From Spironucleus salmonicida (lineage: Eukaryota): 64,000 nt of DNA. Below the pieces are notes generated by a model, which saw nothing but the letters and a program-made list of their open reading frames with translations, did not search any database and was not told where the DNA came from. Within the stretch, counting starts at the first letter, position 1, and every line of letters starts with the position of its first letter. Shown in pieces: positions 24,740 to 37,295 of this stretch. The translations under genes and the position numbers were made by a program. The stretch lies in contig NC_090596.1 in assembly GCF_000497125.1 (NCBI RefSeq), forward strand, positions 1,426,001 to 1,490,000. Reading direction: 5' to 3'.

Positions 24740-26425
24740 TCATTTTCTGCACCCACAACCATACTCAGTAACGTGATGTACTGGGTTAAACCTGTAAGTT
24801 TTCATGTCCTACCAACTGTCCTTCCGATCCTAATTTAGCAATGCTGACCGAAGCCGAATGTCCTCATCGTACGCATTCTATAGCATCTGCCTACCCTGCT
24901 ATTTGACCATATCATTTTTCTACTTTCCTATCAAATCCTGCCTCACACGCTCTTTCGCTTGCTCCCTTTGTACTACTCGCGACTACTGACACGAGGTCGC
25001 CCTCGCTGTCCTACTGAGCTACGCCTAATACTCATTAGCTTTCGATGCAATTTTGCAGTTACGATCGAACTATGAAATCACTTTTTCCTGTGATGCATGC
25101 TGAGCTACAGAGCCATTCTGACCGCATTTAGGAATCGGCAAAATTTATGATTTTTCGAGGTGCTCGTTCAGGAAATTACCCAATACACGCTACTATACTC
25201 TCTTAAAGCGCTCGTCTGTGATTTTCTCACGCGCAACCGACTCTTCCAAGTGCTTACGGTTGATATAGTCTTCCTAAAACTCCTGTTTCTGGTCAATTTT
25301 CATGTTTTTTTGCTCACAGTCATCCAGCTGCTCTTTTAGCAGCTGCTCAGCCCGTTTTCGCATTGTTTCACGCAATTATGGCTTGTCAGTTAACACTGCC
25401 ACGTTGTCTACGTACTTTTTTTCACCAAAACGCTTTGACTTGCATTTTTACGAAGCAACTTACTCGTTGTACTAGCGCACGAGCATCTGTTGCTCACGGT
25501 ATCTGTTTTAGTCAGAGCTCTCCCGCTGCTTGTACCAATAGAAGTCCTTCTCATGCTGCTGGTTGAAATCACACTGTTCGCTGCGTTTGCTATGCACTTT
25601 CTGATATGCTTTTTCCTTTATATCACGAGCATAAAAGCAACCATCGCACTCAGTTTTCGTAGCGACGAACTTACCACTTTCCATTAAACTCTGCTTATTA
25701 GCACTTAATGTTTGGTCTTTGAGAGACTGCAGGGAGCCGTTTCTGACAGAGGTGGCAATTTGGTCAAACTCAAAATCGCACTATCGGAGCTGCTAGAGTG
25801 TGTTGACATAGCATTTTTAGGGAGTATCAGTTATAGTAACTTCAAATTTTGGACATATTTTCTACATTTTGCTGGACTGTGTTTGGAGGTTCTAGCGATT
25901 GATCGTACAGCTAAGTGCGCGTTTTGGAGTGTTTTACGGCTAGTAATTGGTTGAAAAGTATTATTTTTCATATTTTGTGTTGAAGAGTTCTTCGTCTTTT
26001 TTGTGTTACAAATGTACTTGTTTTTCAAGTTTCTGTGTACCTTAAATATGGGCAGACTAAGCTCGCTATTGTTGAGATGTGTACTCAAAGCCGTATGTAT
26101 GAGAAGTTCTGTTGATCCAAAGCTTCCCGACAGTTCCAAATTTCAGTTCAATATTGAATTTTAACGATGCCTACTAAATCACTTAAAATACATTATTTGG
26201 CATTTATACCATTACCGTTTAAGATGATGGTAAACCTGAACGATTTGAAGAGTGGTTTTTTAGGAGTAAAAGTGTAAAATTCGGGGAATTGAAAATACCA
26301 AAGCCTGGAACTAGAACAGGGAATGATTTTAATGTTGATTATAGCTACTAAATGAATTTACTAAATATAGCCATCGGAATATGCTTTAAAGTGAAATCTT
26401 GCTGGAGCTAATTGTTAGTGTACAT
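24740..26425 (-). CDS. CCDC81-like protein (HU-like N-terminal domains + coiled coil), paralog A
   Basis: PVLVPGFGIF and NIELKFGTVGKLWIN are HU-CCDC81-like motifs. Coiled coil RKRAEQLLKEQL...EDYINRKHLEE is shared with the 27008 gene. Confidence 0.65.
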
Positions 26426-27007
26426 TTTATAAATTCAACGCGGATGAAATAATTAAACCATAATTATATAAGATATAGACTAAATAAATTTTCGTGCCTA
26501 AGACTATAGAGACTATAATGCTTAAAAAACATAGATTTTGTTAACTAATAGAGAGTTTCTAACTATTAAAATATAAATATTATACCACCCGTAAATTTGT
26601 GACATTAAAATAAATTAGTTATTGTTTACCTACTTATTATATTAGTTAATTTTGAATGTTTTAAACTCCCATGTAACATATATGTAACAATCTCTACTTA
26701 TTATAATAATATTTAACTATTCCTATAGTGCTAAAGCGCGATTTTTATTAGCAGTTACTCTATGTACTGTAAATAATAATAAAAACTTATTAGTTTTTAA
26801 CTTTAACCTTAATCAATTATTTTTACTTAATTACTTCAATGTATTGTAGTTCAGGTTTACTATCTTATATATATATTCTGCTAAATCTTTATAAATATAT
26901 GCGCGATTTTATTATGTTATTTACAATTATTAATACTTTTTTCAAAACAATGATATATCTATAAACATATATTACATCTATTTTATGACCGCCTCTTTCT
27001 CTCCAAA

Positions 27008-29068
27008 ATGTCCATTTATACAAATGAATAACTTTACACCTACATTTCTTCCTTAAAATATCTCAAGACAACGTATAATGACGTTAAAGAAATAATACGT
27101 CAAATCTCATAATAACTTATAGATTCACTAGCTACATCTTAACCTGTAGAATTACGTTATTTTGCAAAGTTTGGATTCAATAAAAACGGTCGCCCAAATG
27201 CTATTTGCACATAAGAATTTTTGAAATCTGGATACTAACGATTCAATACTGATCAGAACCTTGACAAAGACTAGATTTTCAAGTAGTTTTCGTTCTCTAA
27301 TATTGATAATGGTCGTACAATATTACCTTACATCTTTACAGAAATATCGAACCAGATACTATTTAGGTCTTAAAAAGTGCGTATTACCTTCCCATAATTT
27401 TGCGAATTCACATTCGATAAAAGAAGTAGGGCTTATACCTTCAATTTTGTTTAAAATAACGAATTCAAGGCTCCTGAGGCAATATAAAAACAAATAACCC
27501 GATCTAAATCTTGTTCATAAGCCAGCAAAGCCAGATCAGAAGTATCGCAACAGAGTAACAAAAAGTAGTAATAGTATTACTAAGAGCACAATAGCAGCTG
27601 TGCACCAATACCACAAAAACGGAACAAATAACTGTCTTCTTAACAGTCAACAGTCTCCAGGGCTAGCTCATGCAGCCAAGTTTCGAGAGTATCATCTGCA
27701 AAATCTACATATTAATCGCAGCACAAGCTGTCGCAGCTAACTCCATCTATGCCTTCACAGCTAACATCATCGCTCAAGATATAGTATACACAACCTCCAA
27801 AAGCATATGAGCGTACCGGAAGACTCGACTTCGACTGCGGAGACCTACAGGATTTCGATGAATTCGACATTGAAAAGTACAAGGATCTACCAGCAGTACC
27901 ATAGGATGTCTACAGATATAAGCCAGTGCTTTTTGAACGAGCAGTGGCTGAAAAGAGCAGGCACTAGTTGCTTCCCGGGGACCAGGCCTACGCTAGTGAG
28001 CTTAACTCAACTTTCTAACGAACTAGACAATTAGTAGACTAATCAAAAGCACGAAAGCACGAACTGGAACGATCTCGATCTATGCCCCGCCAGTAGTGCA
28101 GAAAGTGTCACTACGACGATGATACTATGAACAAAAAGCTAAAAAGTTAAAGGTAGAAAAAGTCTGATTAGGAGGAGTATCAAAACTGGGCTAACAATAC
28201 TAACGTATATCAGGTTCAGCGTGAAATAGAAAATGCCAATCACTACTATGAGGTACAGAAATAGTGCCACGACGAAAATTTACTTGACGCGACGTCCAAA
28301 TACGACTAGAAGCATAACTACTTTTTAACCGGCCGATACAACCCGGAAAATTACTTATAGGAGTAAAAGGCCGTGTTATGGAACGATGATAGCCTGCAAG
28401 CTAAGAAGCGTAAGAGTGCTGAGTAGACACTGTAAGAGCAGCTCATCGATAAGCAGAATAAGGACATCGAAAAACAGCGAATTCCTGAGAAGCAAGAGGA
28501 CTTTATCAACCGAAAACTACTCGAAGACGATGTAGCTCAGCAAAAAATAAGAGATCAAAAGTTCAAATTCACATAGTAGGAAACGCTGAAGAACTTCCTT
28601 GATACCCAATCTGCCGGAGGAAAGCTCTGTGATATTCAGTCGAAATACGATATGACGTGCTGCATGGATGACTCTTACAAACGGAACGCTCGCTACGACG
28701 AGGTTTTTGATGCTAATAACCATATCCGAGCCTTGGATAACAAGAATGCAGCAGAGTATAGGAAGCAAAAATTGGAACTCAACAGGAAGCGGAGCATGCT
28801 GGAAACTAGATGCAACGATCAGCATGCTTTAGAGCATTTATATGATGAGAATATTCGCAGTTTAGCCAAAAAGTTCGACGTAAGAGATGATTTGTAGGAA
28901 ACTTACAACAAGGATATCATTCAAAAGGCCAAAAAATAGCTTTACGAGAAGACTAGTTCCTGGTAAGATATGGACGAATTCAGGTTTTAAAATGAAAAAA
29001 TCGCCAATTTGTAGTGTGACTGCTGCAAGCAGGTTTACCGATACGATAATGTTTTTAATTAAGAGTGA
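27008..29068 (+). CDS. CCDC81-like protein, paralog B
   Basis: DVKEIIRQISQQLIDSLATSQPVELRYFAKFGF and KVRITFPQFCEFTF; coiled coil RKSAEQTLQEQL...EDFINRKLLED. Confidence 0.7.
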
Positions 29069-29096
29069 TATTATGTATTAATATTAGTATATAAAA

Positions 29097-29729
29097 ATGA
29101 GAGGTATTCCAGTAAGTTTAGTAAAGCCCAAACTTCCAAAGTATGTCAGTGCTAAACCAAAGTAGACATTTGAGTCAGATTACTAATCTTATTAGCAAAT
29201 AGTAGTTAGGTCGTGGTAAAACTAGCTGCATGAGTTACTTGAAAAAAAATCAAAATTTGATAAACCGGCAGAAAAGCAAATTTGCTGGCATTCCAATTAA
29301 TTTTTTAGCAATATAAAAGAAACCAATAGCTTTTAGCTGAAACGGACCTTTTATTACATTAATATTGCGGTTAATTGCTAAAAACCTTCTATCTAAGTTA
29401 TTATATAGCGCACTCATCGATTTTTGGTATTAAAACCTCCAATTAAGTAGGTATTTACCCCTTAAACTGACGTTCTGAGAAGTTTCGATTCGATTTTGTG
29501 TGCCTCAGCTGTTGAGAAAATACAGTCTATTTACATTGGGTTGTTAAAAGCAGATGCCACTTTTATGTAGTATATTTCTAGTCTTTATTAATATAACTAT
29601 TTAGTTGATCGAAACTAATTATATAATTTCCTTTCAAGTTTTAAATAGTCATACAACGTTCTAACAAAACATTTAGAAGAATGCATATTAGATATTAAAA
29701 TATATGAAAGATTAAAGCTTATTGTTTGA
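29097..29729 (+). CDS. Hypothetical protein (210 aa)
   Basis: MRGIPVSLVKPKLPKYVSAK..., open to TGA. Confidence 0.6.
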
Positions 29730-29907
29730 AATTGTATCCTGGAATACTTTTATAGACAATAAATCGTACAATTATTGCTTTGCTTGTAAATCTTAATATG
29801 ATACTGTGATATATTTATATTCACTATAAGTAAATATTATCTGATTAGAATAATTTATTAAAGTTTGTTCATACTTATAAACATACGCTAAGACTAATCA
29901 TTTTCTG

Positions 29908-30686
29908 TGTTTGCCCACTATGCCTAATATATGACCAAAATGGTAAGCCCAAACCACTTCTTTCGTCAAGAATTTCGAATGATATGTATTCCATATGGAA
30001 TGTAGATTAGTCTCACTCCGCCGACTTCTCGCCACCGAACTGCTCCTCCCCGCGCTCTGGCTCCTGCGCCACCTACACTACCGCGGTCTGCATGATGTCC
30101 AGGAACTGCGCGTGCGCCTCGGCCCGGGTGGCGACGCTGCGGCCGCGGAGCCGCGCTGCCTGGAGGGCGAAGTAGTCCTCGCGGAAGGCGCAGTACTCCG
30201 CCACGTTGTCGTTGCCGGGTGCCTCCACCTCCATGCGGATGATGTCCAGCTCAGCGCCCTGCAGCGCCAGCCCGGGCAGCAGCACCTGCGCGTTGGTGGT
30301 GTAGAGCCTCACGCTCCCCGGGCGGTAGAAGGCGTCCAGCTGCGCCTGGGTGAGTGCCGCCTCGGTCGTCTCCGCGACGGCGCGCACCACCGGCACGAGC
30401 TGGCAGGGCTGCAGCTCGAAGGAGAGCAGGCGCACCTGGTCGGTTGCGAACGCCTGTACGAGCTGCACCTGGTACGGCGGGAGGGTGGCGAGCCGCTGGC
30501 CCAGCAGGAACTTGGAGATGTACTGGTACAGGGACAGCTCCGGAAGCACCACCACATCCCGGAAGCCCAGACCGTCCAGGTATGGGTAGTCCGCGGGCCT
30601 GACCAGGATGGTCTCGGCGACGGGGCAGGTGAGCCTCAGCTAAACGCAGCGGAGGAACACCCGCTGCAGGAACTCCTAAGTATAAT
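29908..30686 (-). repeat. GC-rich core repeat plus 3' flank, copy 3 (779 bp)
   Basis: Reverse complement of 17995-18773; direct repeat of 10894-11459. Confidence 0.95.
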
Positions 30687-30921
30687 TACCTTAAATATAA
30701 TTGAATTTATGCATTAACTAAATACCAATTGCTACTGGACCAAAGATATATAGAATCTCAAAGCCTTTCTCTTCTACAAAGTAGTTACCAACTTCTGCAG
30801 CTAAAAGGTCTTCTTCAGAAAATCCACTACATTTTATTTCAAATTTATACAAGGATAACCTTTCTTTATAGTGACCTTAATCTAAAATAGAGATATTCTA
30901 ATTTGAATAAATTGCTATCAT
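30013..30921 (-). CDS. Copy 3 (intact) of GC-core family; putative highly divergent actin-related protein, 302 aa
   Basis: Uninterrupted MIAIYSNQNISILDQG...EKSAE*. The actin/Arp-like motif order was noted by eye only. Confidence 0.7.
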
Positions 30922-31131
30922 TTCAGTATTATAAAATTATTAAAGTATAATAATAAGTTTACTGAATGATTTGTGATTTTTGAAATATGTAGATAAACTT
31001 ATCTGAGCCAAAAATATATAATAATACTAATAATATTATTTTTGAGTATTTTTTAATACAATAGTATAGTATAATAATAGGTAATAATCTATATATTATT
31101 AAATGTTATTAAATTATTAATTTTTATAGAA

Positions 31132-32627
31132 ATGACTATCTAGCCTACTTATGAAGAAAGTGCATGTATGTTATGCTTTAAGTTTAGAGGTAATATTTTA
31201 TTAACATCAGTAACTTAAGTTTTTAAACCTTCATCAACTTATTAAATTTTTGACTACTAGTATGCAGTGTATGAAGACCTTAAATATGGCTCGTATTAGG
31301 TACAATATTAGAATAAAGATATTTCTATTGATGTAGAAAATTTAGTTTATGGTATTGATTTCACATCAGATAAATTAAATGAGTATAAATATTCTATAGG
31401 CGATGACGTGGTTATTATAGAAGGTAATTCAACTTAAGAAGGACCATTTTTACCATGTAAGCATGATATTTATTTATAGTTTAACAATATTTTACCTCCT
31501 TAAAAGTTAGTTTCTGGATATATGAAACTTTATCCGAATTAAAATATTATTCAGCTCTTATCTGGTACTAGTTAATTAATTTCCACATTAAATCATATTA
31601 AATAATCATACTAATAAGATTATATTTTTCATTACAATAATGAGTAAATTGCTATTCAAGCATTTTGGTGGTGCCATGGCAAAATTATACCTAATTAACA
31701 TACTTCTTGTGTTAAGTCAGTTGAGATAAATCCTTCTGATAGAGAGTATAAGTCATAGGCTACATCATCTACTTTGTAGACTTATTTAAAAATTGGGCAT
31801 AGAGGCTGTGGTATGAACAAAGCTTTTGCATCTGGTCGCGTAAAAATTGCTGAAAATACGGTAGAATCTTTTAATAAAGCATATGAATTTGGTATGGATA
31901 TGATAGAAACTGATGTAATAATAACAAAGGATAAAATTCCAATTATCAATCATGATTTTAAAGTTTAGTACCATGGATTAAATTTAGCAATAATTCACTT
32001 ACTCTGGAATAGTTTAAAAAAATAAAAATTGACAAATCTAATATCGATTTATTTTAAGATACCATGATATCTTCAGACTATATGCCAACATTAGATGATG
32101 TTTTATAAAATATTAATTAACACTGTGGAATAAATATTGAGATCAAATATCCTTCAAAGCATTGCTAAAATATTGGTCTTTAATATTTTTCACGTATTGA
32201 AGTTATTAGAATTATATTTGAGTCAATTAAAAAGTATTAGTCTAGAAATATATACTTTTCTTCTTTTGACCCTTATATTTGTTCAATATTAGCAGCAGTT
32301 TAAAATACTTATCCTGTTTTATTTTTACATTATGGTACAACAATTTATGAAAAAGATGAAGAAATAAATATGTCTTTTATTGAAGTGCTAGATGCTCGAT
32401 TTGGTCTGATCAGAGCTCAATAAATAGGTGTTCAGGGAATGGTACTTAGTAAAGAAGTATAATGCTGGGATAAAGACTTTATTTCTAAAGTTAAAAAAGC
32501 TGGTTTGAAGGTGTTTACTTATGGTACTGAATATGATGATATAGAATTTGTTAAAGATTAGTAGTAGAAAGGGGTAGATGGCATCATTTTTGATCTTGTT
32601 AATCATGATGGTAACCAAGGATGTTGA
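31132..32627 (+). pseudogene. Glycerophosphodiester phosphodiesterase (GPCPD1/Gde1-like) with 1-nt frameshift near 31992
   Basis: IGHRGCG, ENTVESF, IETDVIITKDKIPIINHDF lie in one frame. SLTLEQFK, PTLDDVL, INIEIKYP, FSSFDP, GVDGIIFD lie in another. May be a sequencing error rather than a pseudogene. Confidence 0.75.
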
Positions 32628-32688
32628 GTAAACTTTTTATATTAACAGTATTATATAATAATTTAATATATATTTAAACCATTCCTTT

Positions 32689-35295
32689 ATGTCTATCTGT
32701 GCTATTTGCTGTGACACATATGCATTCAAAGCTGTCACCGAATGTGGCCATGAAACATGTGCCAAATGTTGGCTTACTGAAAAACATCTTTGCTAACGGG
32801 GGAAATGCTTATTTTGTTCAAAAGAGAAAGCTTAGTCGATGATTCTTCCAAGTTCTTTAAAGTTAGAAGCATTTAGATATATGAAGGTTAAACCTTTTAT
32901 GAGTTTCAATTCTAAATATAAAGTTTATGTACATTCTTCTGCTGAGATTTATATATCGCAGTTAGAAAACCCTGCATGCCCAGTTTGCAATTAATAGTTT
33001 CTATAATTTTCAGAAATGTAGTTACATTTATAGAATAAGCATTCTTTGTAATATTGTAAAACATGTTCAAAATCTAAACCGGTTTTTAAAATTGACTAAT
33101 AGTTTTTTTCATCTAGTGATTTGAAGGCACATTTAAGTACTCATCCTACATGCAAACTGTGTAGTTTTAAATAGTATGATGATACATATCTGTAAGACCA
33201 TTATAAAATTTAGCATTTAAGGTGTGAAATTTGTAGAACTTTTGGTGTTAATGATTCATTTTGGGATACTTAGAAAGACCTTTAATCGCATATTAAGTCT
33301 GCTCACTTTTCATGTACATTTATTTAATGTAATAATGATGGATTTGGCTTCTGTAATGAAGAAGAATAATTGGATCATTTAATCGAAATTCATGCTAGCT
33401 AACTTACTTCAGGATAATTATCGGAATATAAAAATAAGCTAAGCTTAATTCGAAGAAGTAAAAAATTAGTCGATTTAAACTAATTGACAACTTTCTAAAA
33501 CTTATATTCTATTTCAAATAGAAAAATATCTTCAGATTAAAAAGGTATTATGACGACATAATATTAATAAGAAGCTGAAAATATGTATTTACAAGATTAT
33601 TTAGCATAAGCTTCTGTAGTACCTAAGTAAGCACATAAGTAAGCACAAGGTATACAATAATATATAGATTATGTAGAGCCTTAGATTCCATAGTAATAAT
33701 ATAAAGGCATTACTAAACAGTCTATTTAAGATATCAATTTTGGTATTAATTTACAACCTGCTACACCTGCTGGAATGTATAGTGAAATACGACCAACTCC
33801 TGTTTAATAAGAAGTTAATCCATTTTAGTCAACATTTGGATTTAAAATCAAGAAAGTTAAAACGAAAACCACTAAAACTAACGAGTAAGAGAAACAATAA
33901 AAGGCTATTACAAATATTTAAACAAATATGAATATCTTAGATAATGGACTATATGAAGAATTTACTATTAAAAATGAGGAAATCGAAGAAACTTAACCTT
34001 AGTAATTATTTGAAATAACAAAGTTAGAATAGGAATAGTTAAAAGATGAAGAGCCTATTTAAAAGACTAATTTGTTTGGAATTCCAATTAAAATTGTAAA
34101 AGCAAAGAAAAATTAATAATAACAGATCACTATTAATAATTCAGACGAAGTATTATTTAACCCATATGTGAATGTACCTTAAAAAATTTAATTATTTGCA
34201 CCAGTAGCAGTTAAAAAACAGACGACTATTGAAAATATTGGATCAATTAAATCAAATGATTTTATTTCCAGTATTAAAATTGTTAAATAAAAGCAAAAGA
34301 AACCATAAGAATAAATTTTTGAAGAAGATGTTGACTTTGACCCTATCATTAAAAAATAGACTCCAGTAGAACTTTTTAAAATTTAGTAGCCAAGAGTTAT
34401 GAATGATTTAACTAACAATTAAAATGAATAACTGGATTTAATATAAGTTACAAAAGTTAAACAGAAAAATACATAGTACTAACCGTAGTAAAAGATTAAT
34501 GTTATAACTGAAACAAAATCTTAAAACCAATCTTAACAAGGTAATCACATTATTATAACCTAAAAATAAAAGAAATAACCAAAGCATCAATCAATTTAAC
34601 AATAAGAGATTGTTGAAACTGTAGATTTAACATTAACAAAAGAAGAACTTAATATGATTCGCAACCCTCAACCCAAACTTGCTTAACCTGCTTTAATAAA
34701 GTAACAACCACCTTCCAAAAATCTATCCAATAATATTATTATGCAAATTAATAATATATTCCCATTAATGCCCTCTGAAATAGCACTTGCTCGTTATGTA
34801 GATAGCAAATTAGTTGCCACCCTATGTATAACTTTTGGATTTTCTATTGATTTAATCTCGAAATTAACTGATCAATTTCGTACGTTCAGTAGTGTTCAAA
34901 AATAAGCCATTAGTGATAAGCAACTTTAGTTTAGCGAAAATTATCTCTAAAATACTTATAAAATTGATCCAACTGATGTTGTTATCAACAAAATTTCAGA
35001 TTATCGTATTTTAAAATTTACGATATAATAGTTTTGTACAGAAAGCAGACTGAAAATTCTTGATATTTCTGCCATTAATTCAAAATGTCAAATTGAAGTT
35101 TTCGATAGTATTAGCAAAAATGAAGACTATAAACTACATTTGGTTAATTTATCAGATGATATAATTCTGACTAGAGTGTTGTCAGTTGATCACGAATTCA
35201 GTAATATTTTTGGATAAGTTTGTGAACATTCTAGAGGATGTAGAAAGCATAAAACTTGTGCACTAGACTCTGTAAAAGCGTAAAAATTATAGTGA
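32689..35295 (+). CDS. ZNF598/Hel2-like RING + C2H2 protein with C-terminal Maelstrom-like domain, paralog 2
   Basis: RING CAIC...CGHETCAKC...CLFC; fingers CPVC, YCKTC, HPTCKLC, HLRCEIC, HFSC; long Q/P/K linker; C-terminal PSEIALARY...CEHSRGCRKHKTCALDSV. Confidence 0.8.
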
Positions 35296-35296
35296 A

Positions 35297-36202
35297 TCAT
35301 TTCAGTTACTCGAAATATATTTTAAAAATCTATAACCTATTTTTGGCATATAGTTCATAACCAGCTTTGGATCCCCATAGGCTCCATAGACCCCAGACAA
35401 AAGGCTAGAAAATAGCTAAGATCTCTTCGCAAATAGTAATATCCACGTTTTCCGTGAAATATGTTTTATAAAATATAGTTCTCTGCTCTAATGTTGCGTA
35501 GTCTGCATAAATTGCGTCAATTCCTGTAAATTCAGCAAAAAAACAAGCTATATCATAAAAATTATATGAAACTGAAGCATATTCAAAATCTATGAAATAA
35601 GCCTGGTTATTATTGAAAATTATGTTTCCAGCATGTGCATCATTATGGCAAATACAAACTTTAAGAAGGTGAGGATACGCAGTTTTATAAAAATTTATTT
35701 ATTAAGTGATGAAATTGACGAAATTATCAAAAGTTTCCTTATCTTATTCGTAATACCATTAATGTTAATAAAATGCTGGAATATAGTCAAATAAGCTAGG
35801 TTTTTGCCCAATTTAATGTTAATGAAGCTTTTAAAATGCGGTTGCGATTTGAATAAGATTATCAGCTTGTCCTAATAAACTATCCTGTTCAAGTAATGAG
35901 CCCTCAATATATTTCGTAATAAAAAATGCATCAAAATGAATAAGTTCTTCAGTAACAACTTAACAATTCTAAGAAATTAAATATTATAAAATTTAAATTT
36001 CTTTATCCTGATCTCTCATAAATATTTCCTCTCTTTTTAAATATCTACGTAATAAATACTTTTAATCTAAAATTTATACAATAAAATTATCATTTGTACA
36101 GCCAGATACTCGTTCTAGTATCTTAATTTATTAAGATATGGATTTTTCGATCTATGCTATTTCTTCTTAGACATCTGCAAAGTCATTTTAGATTTAAAGC
36201 AT
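35297..36202 (-). CDS. Choline/ethanolamine kinase
   Basis: SGCTNDNF; Brenner motif ICHNDAHAGNII; FIDFEYAS...YDIACFFAEF. Confidence 0.9.
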
Positions 36203-36352
36203 TTTATGCTACAATACTTATCTATAATATTGTGGGTAAATATTTTATATAATTGTGAATTCAATTAAATCTATTGCAATATAGTATTATATAATAAATA
36301 GTAAGCAAAAATAATAAGAATAATATATAGTAAATACCTTTACTCGAAAATA

Positions 36353-37207
36353 ATGACAGACCAACTTTACACCTTTTTTAAGAAAAGTCATGCCGAGACA
36401 CTTCTTAAAAATCTGTAAGAAATACTTTAATCAACAACTTTAGATCTTTATACACCTGTTTTAGAAGATAATAAGCTTTAAACTATACACGAAGATTATC
36501 GTTCAAAAATTTAGCATCCAATGTCTCTTAAAAAAGTTAGAGAGCGTACTCTATCCTCAAATTCACCATATTACTTAGTAGGTCACTTTATTTATGATAT
36601 TCAACTCATAATTTCAAATGCCCGTTTATATAATTCTAACAAGCCAGAAGTTTTAAATATTATTAAATCTTTCGAAGATAAAATTTAATCCTATTTTCCA
36701 GAGATCTAAATATGTGCTATTGATTTTTAAGAACCAATTCCACCTCTTTTTCTATAAATGCTTTGTGGAAAATTATCTGTATTATCTAATTAAGAACTGA
36801 AAGACGCTCTTCAAGTTTCTTAAATTTAAGGGATAAAAATTGATTTTAAAACACTCTCTAAAAAACGATTTTGGCCATTTGTTCAATTGATTTTTGAGTT
36901 TAAAAATGATGATATTGACCTTTCGATTTATGCAAAAGCAAGTACTCCTAAGGTAAAAATGATGTAATAAAGTAGTTTTCCTGCTATTATATCACCTGAA
37001 GTTGTAAAAAGTAAATCAGTGGTATAGATTTTAAAGAAACGAATCGAACAAACAGGTGGAGGGTAAGAAGTCAAAATTGCATAGTTTGTGAAAAGCGAAA
37101 GTGTAACAGAGACACCAGTAGTTTTGACAAAAGTTAGTCCTTTAGAGCTTCTAAGGATGAAATAATAGAAAAAAAGAGAAGAACATGAAAATAATATAAT
37201 ATAATGA
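36353..37207 (+). CDS. Bromodomain protein
   Basis: DYRSKIQHPMSLKKV...FIYDIQLIISNARLYN. Confidence 0.85.
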
Positions 37208-37295
37208 GATTTTTGGTTCAATTGTAAAAGGAAGGATTATTTGATTATATACATAAATAATATGTTGAATAATAAATAGCTTGTAACTGAATCAA

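Noticed and set aside
10894-30686. GC-rich blocks as bacterial contamination, IS element or transposon
   Set aside because: No terminal repeats, target duplications or transposase motifs. The blocks are in frame with AT-rich homologous N-termini and use TAG as Gln.
32013-32019. T TTA AAA slippery heptamer as a programmed -1 frameshift rescuing GDPD
   Set aside because: The conserved LTLEQ motif lies upstream of the heptamer in the shifted frame, so the lesion is at ~31992. Such heptamers are common in AT-rich DNA.
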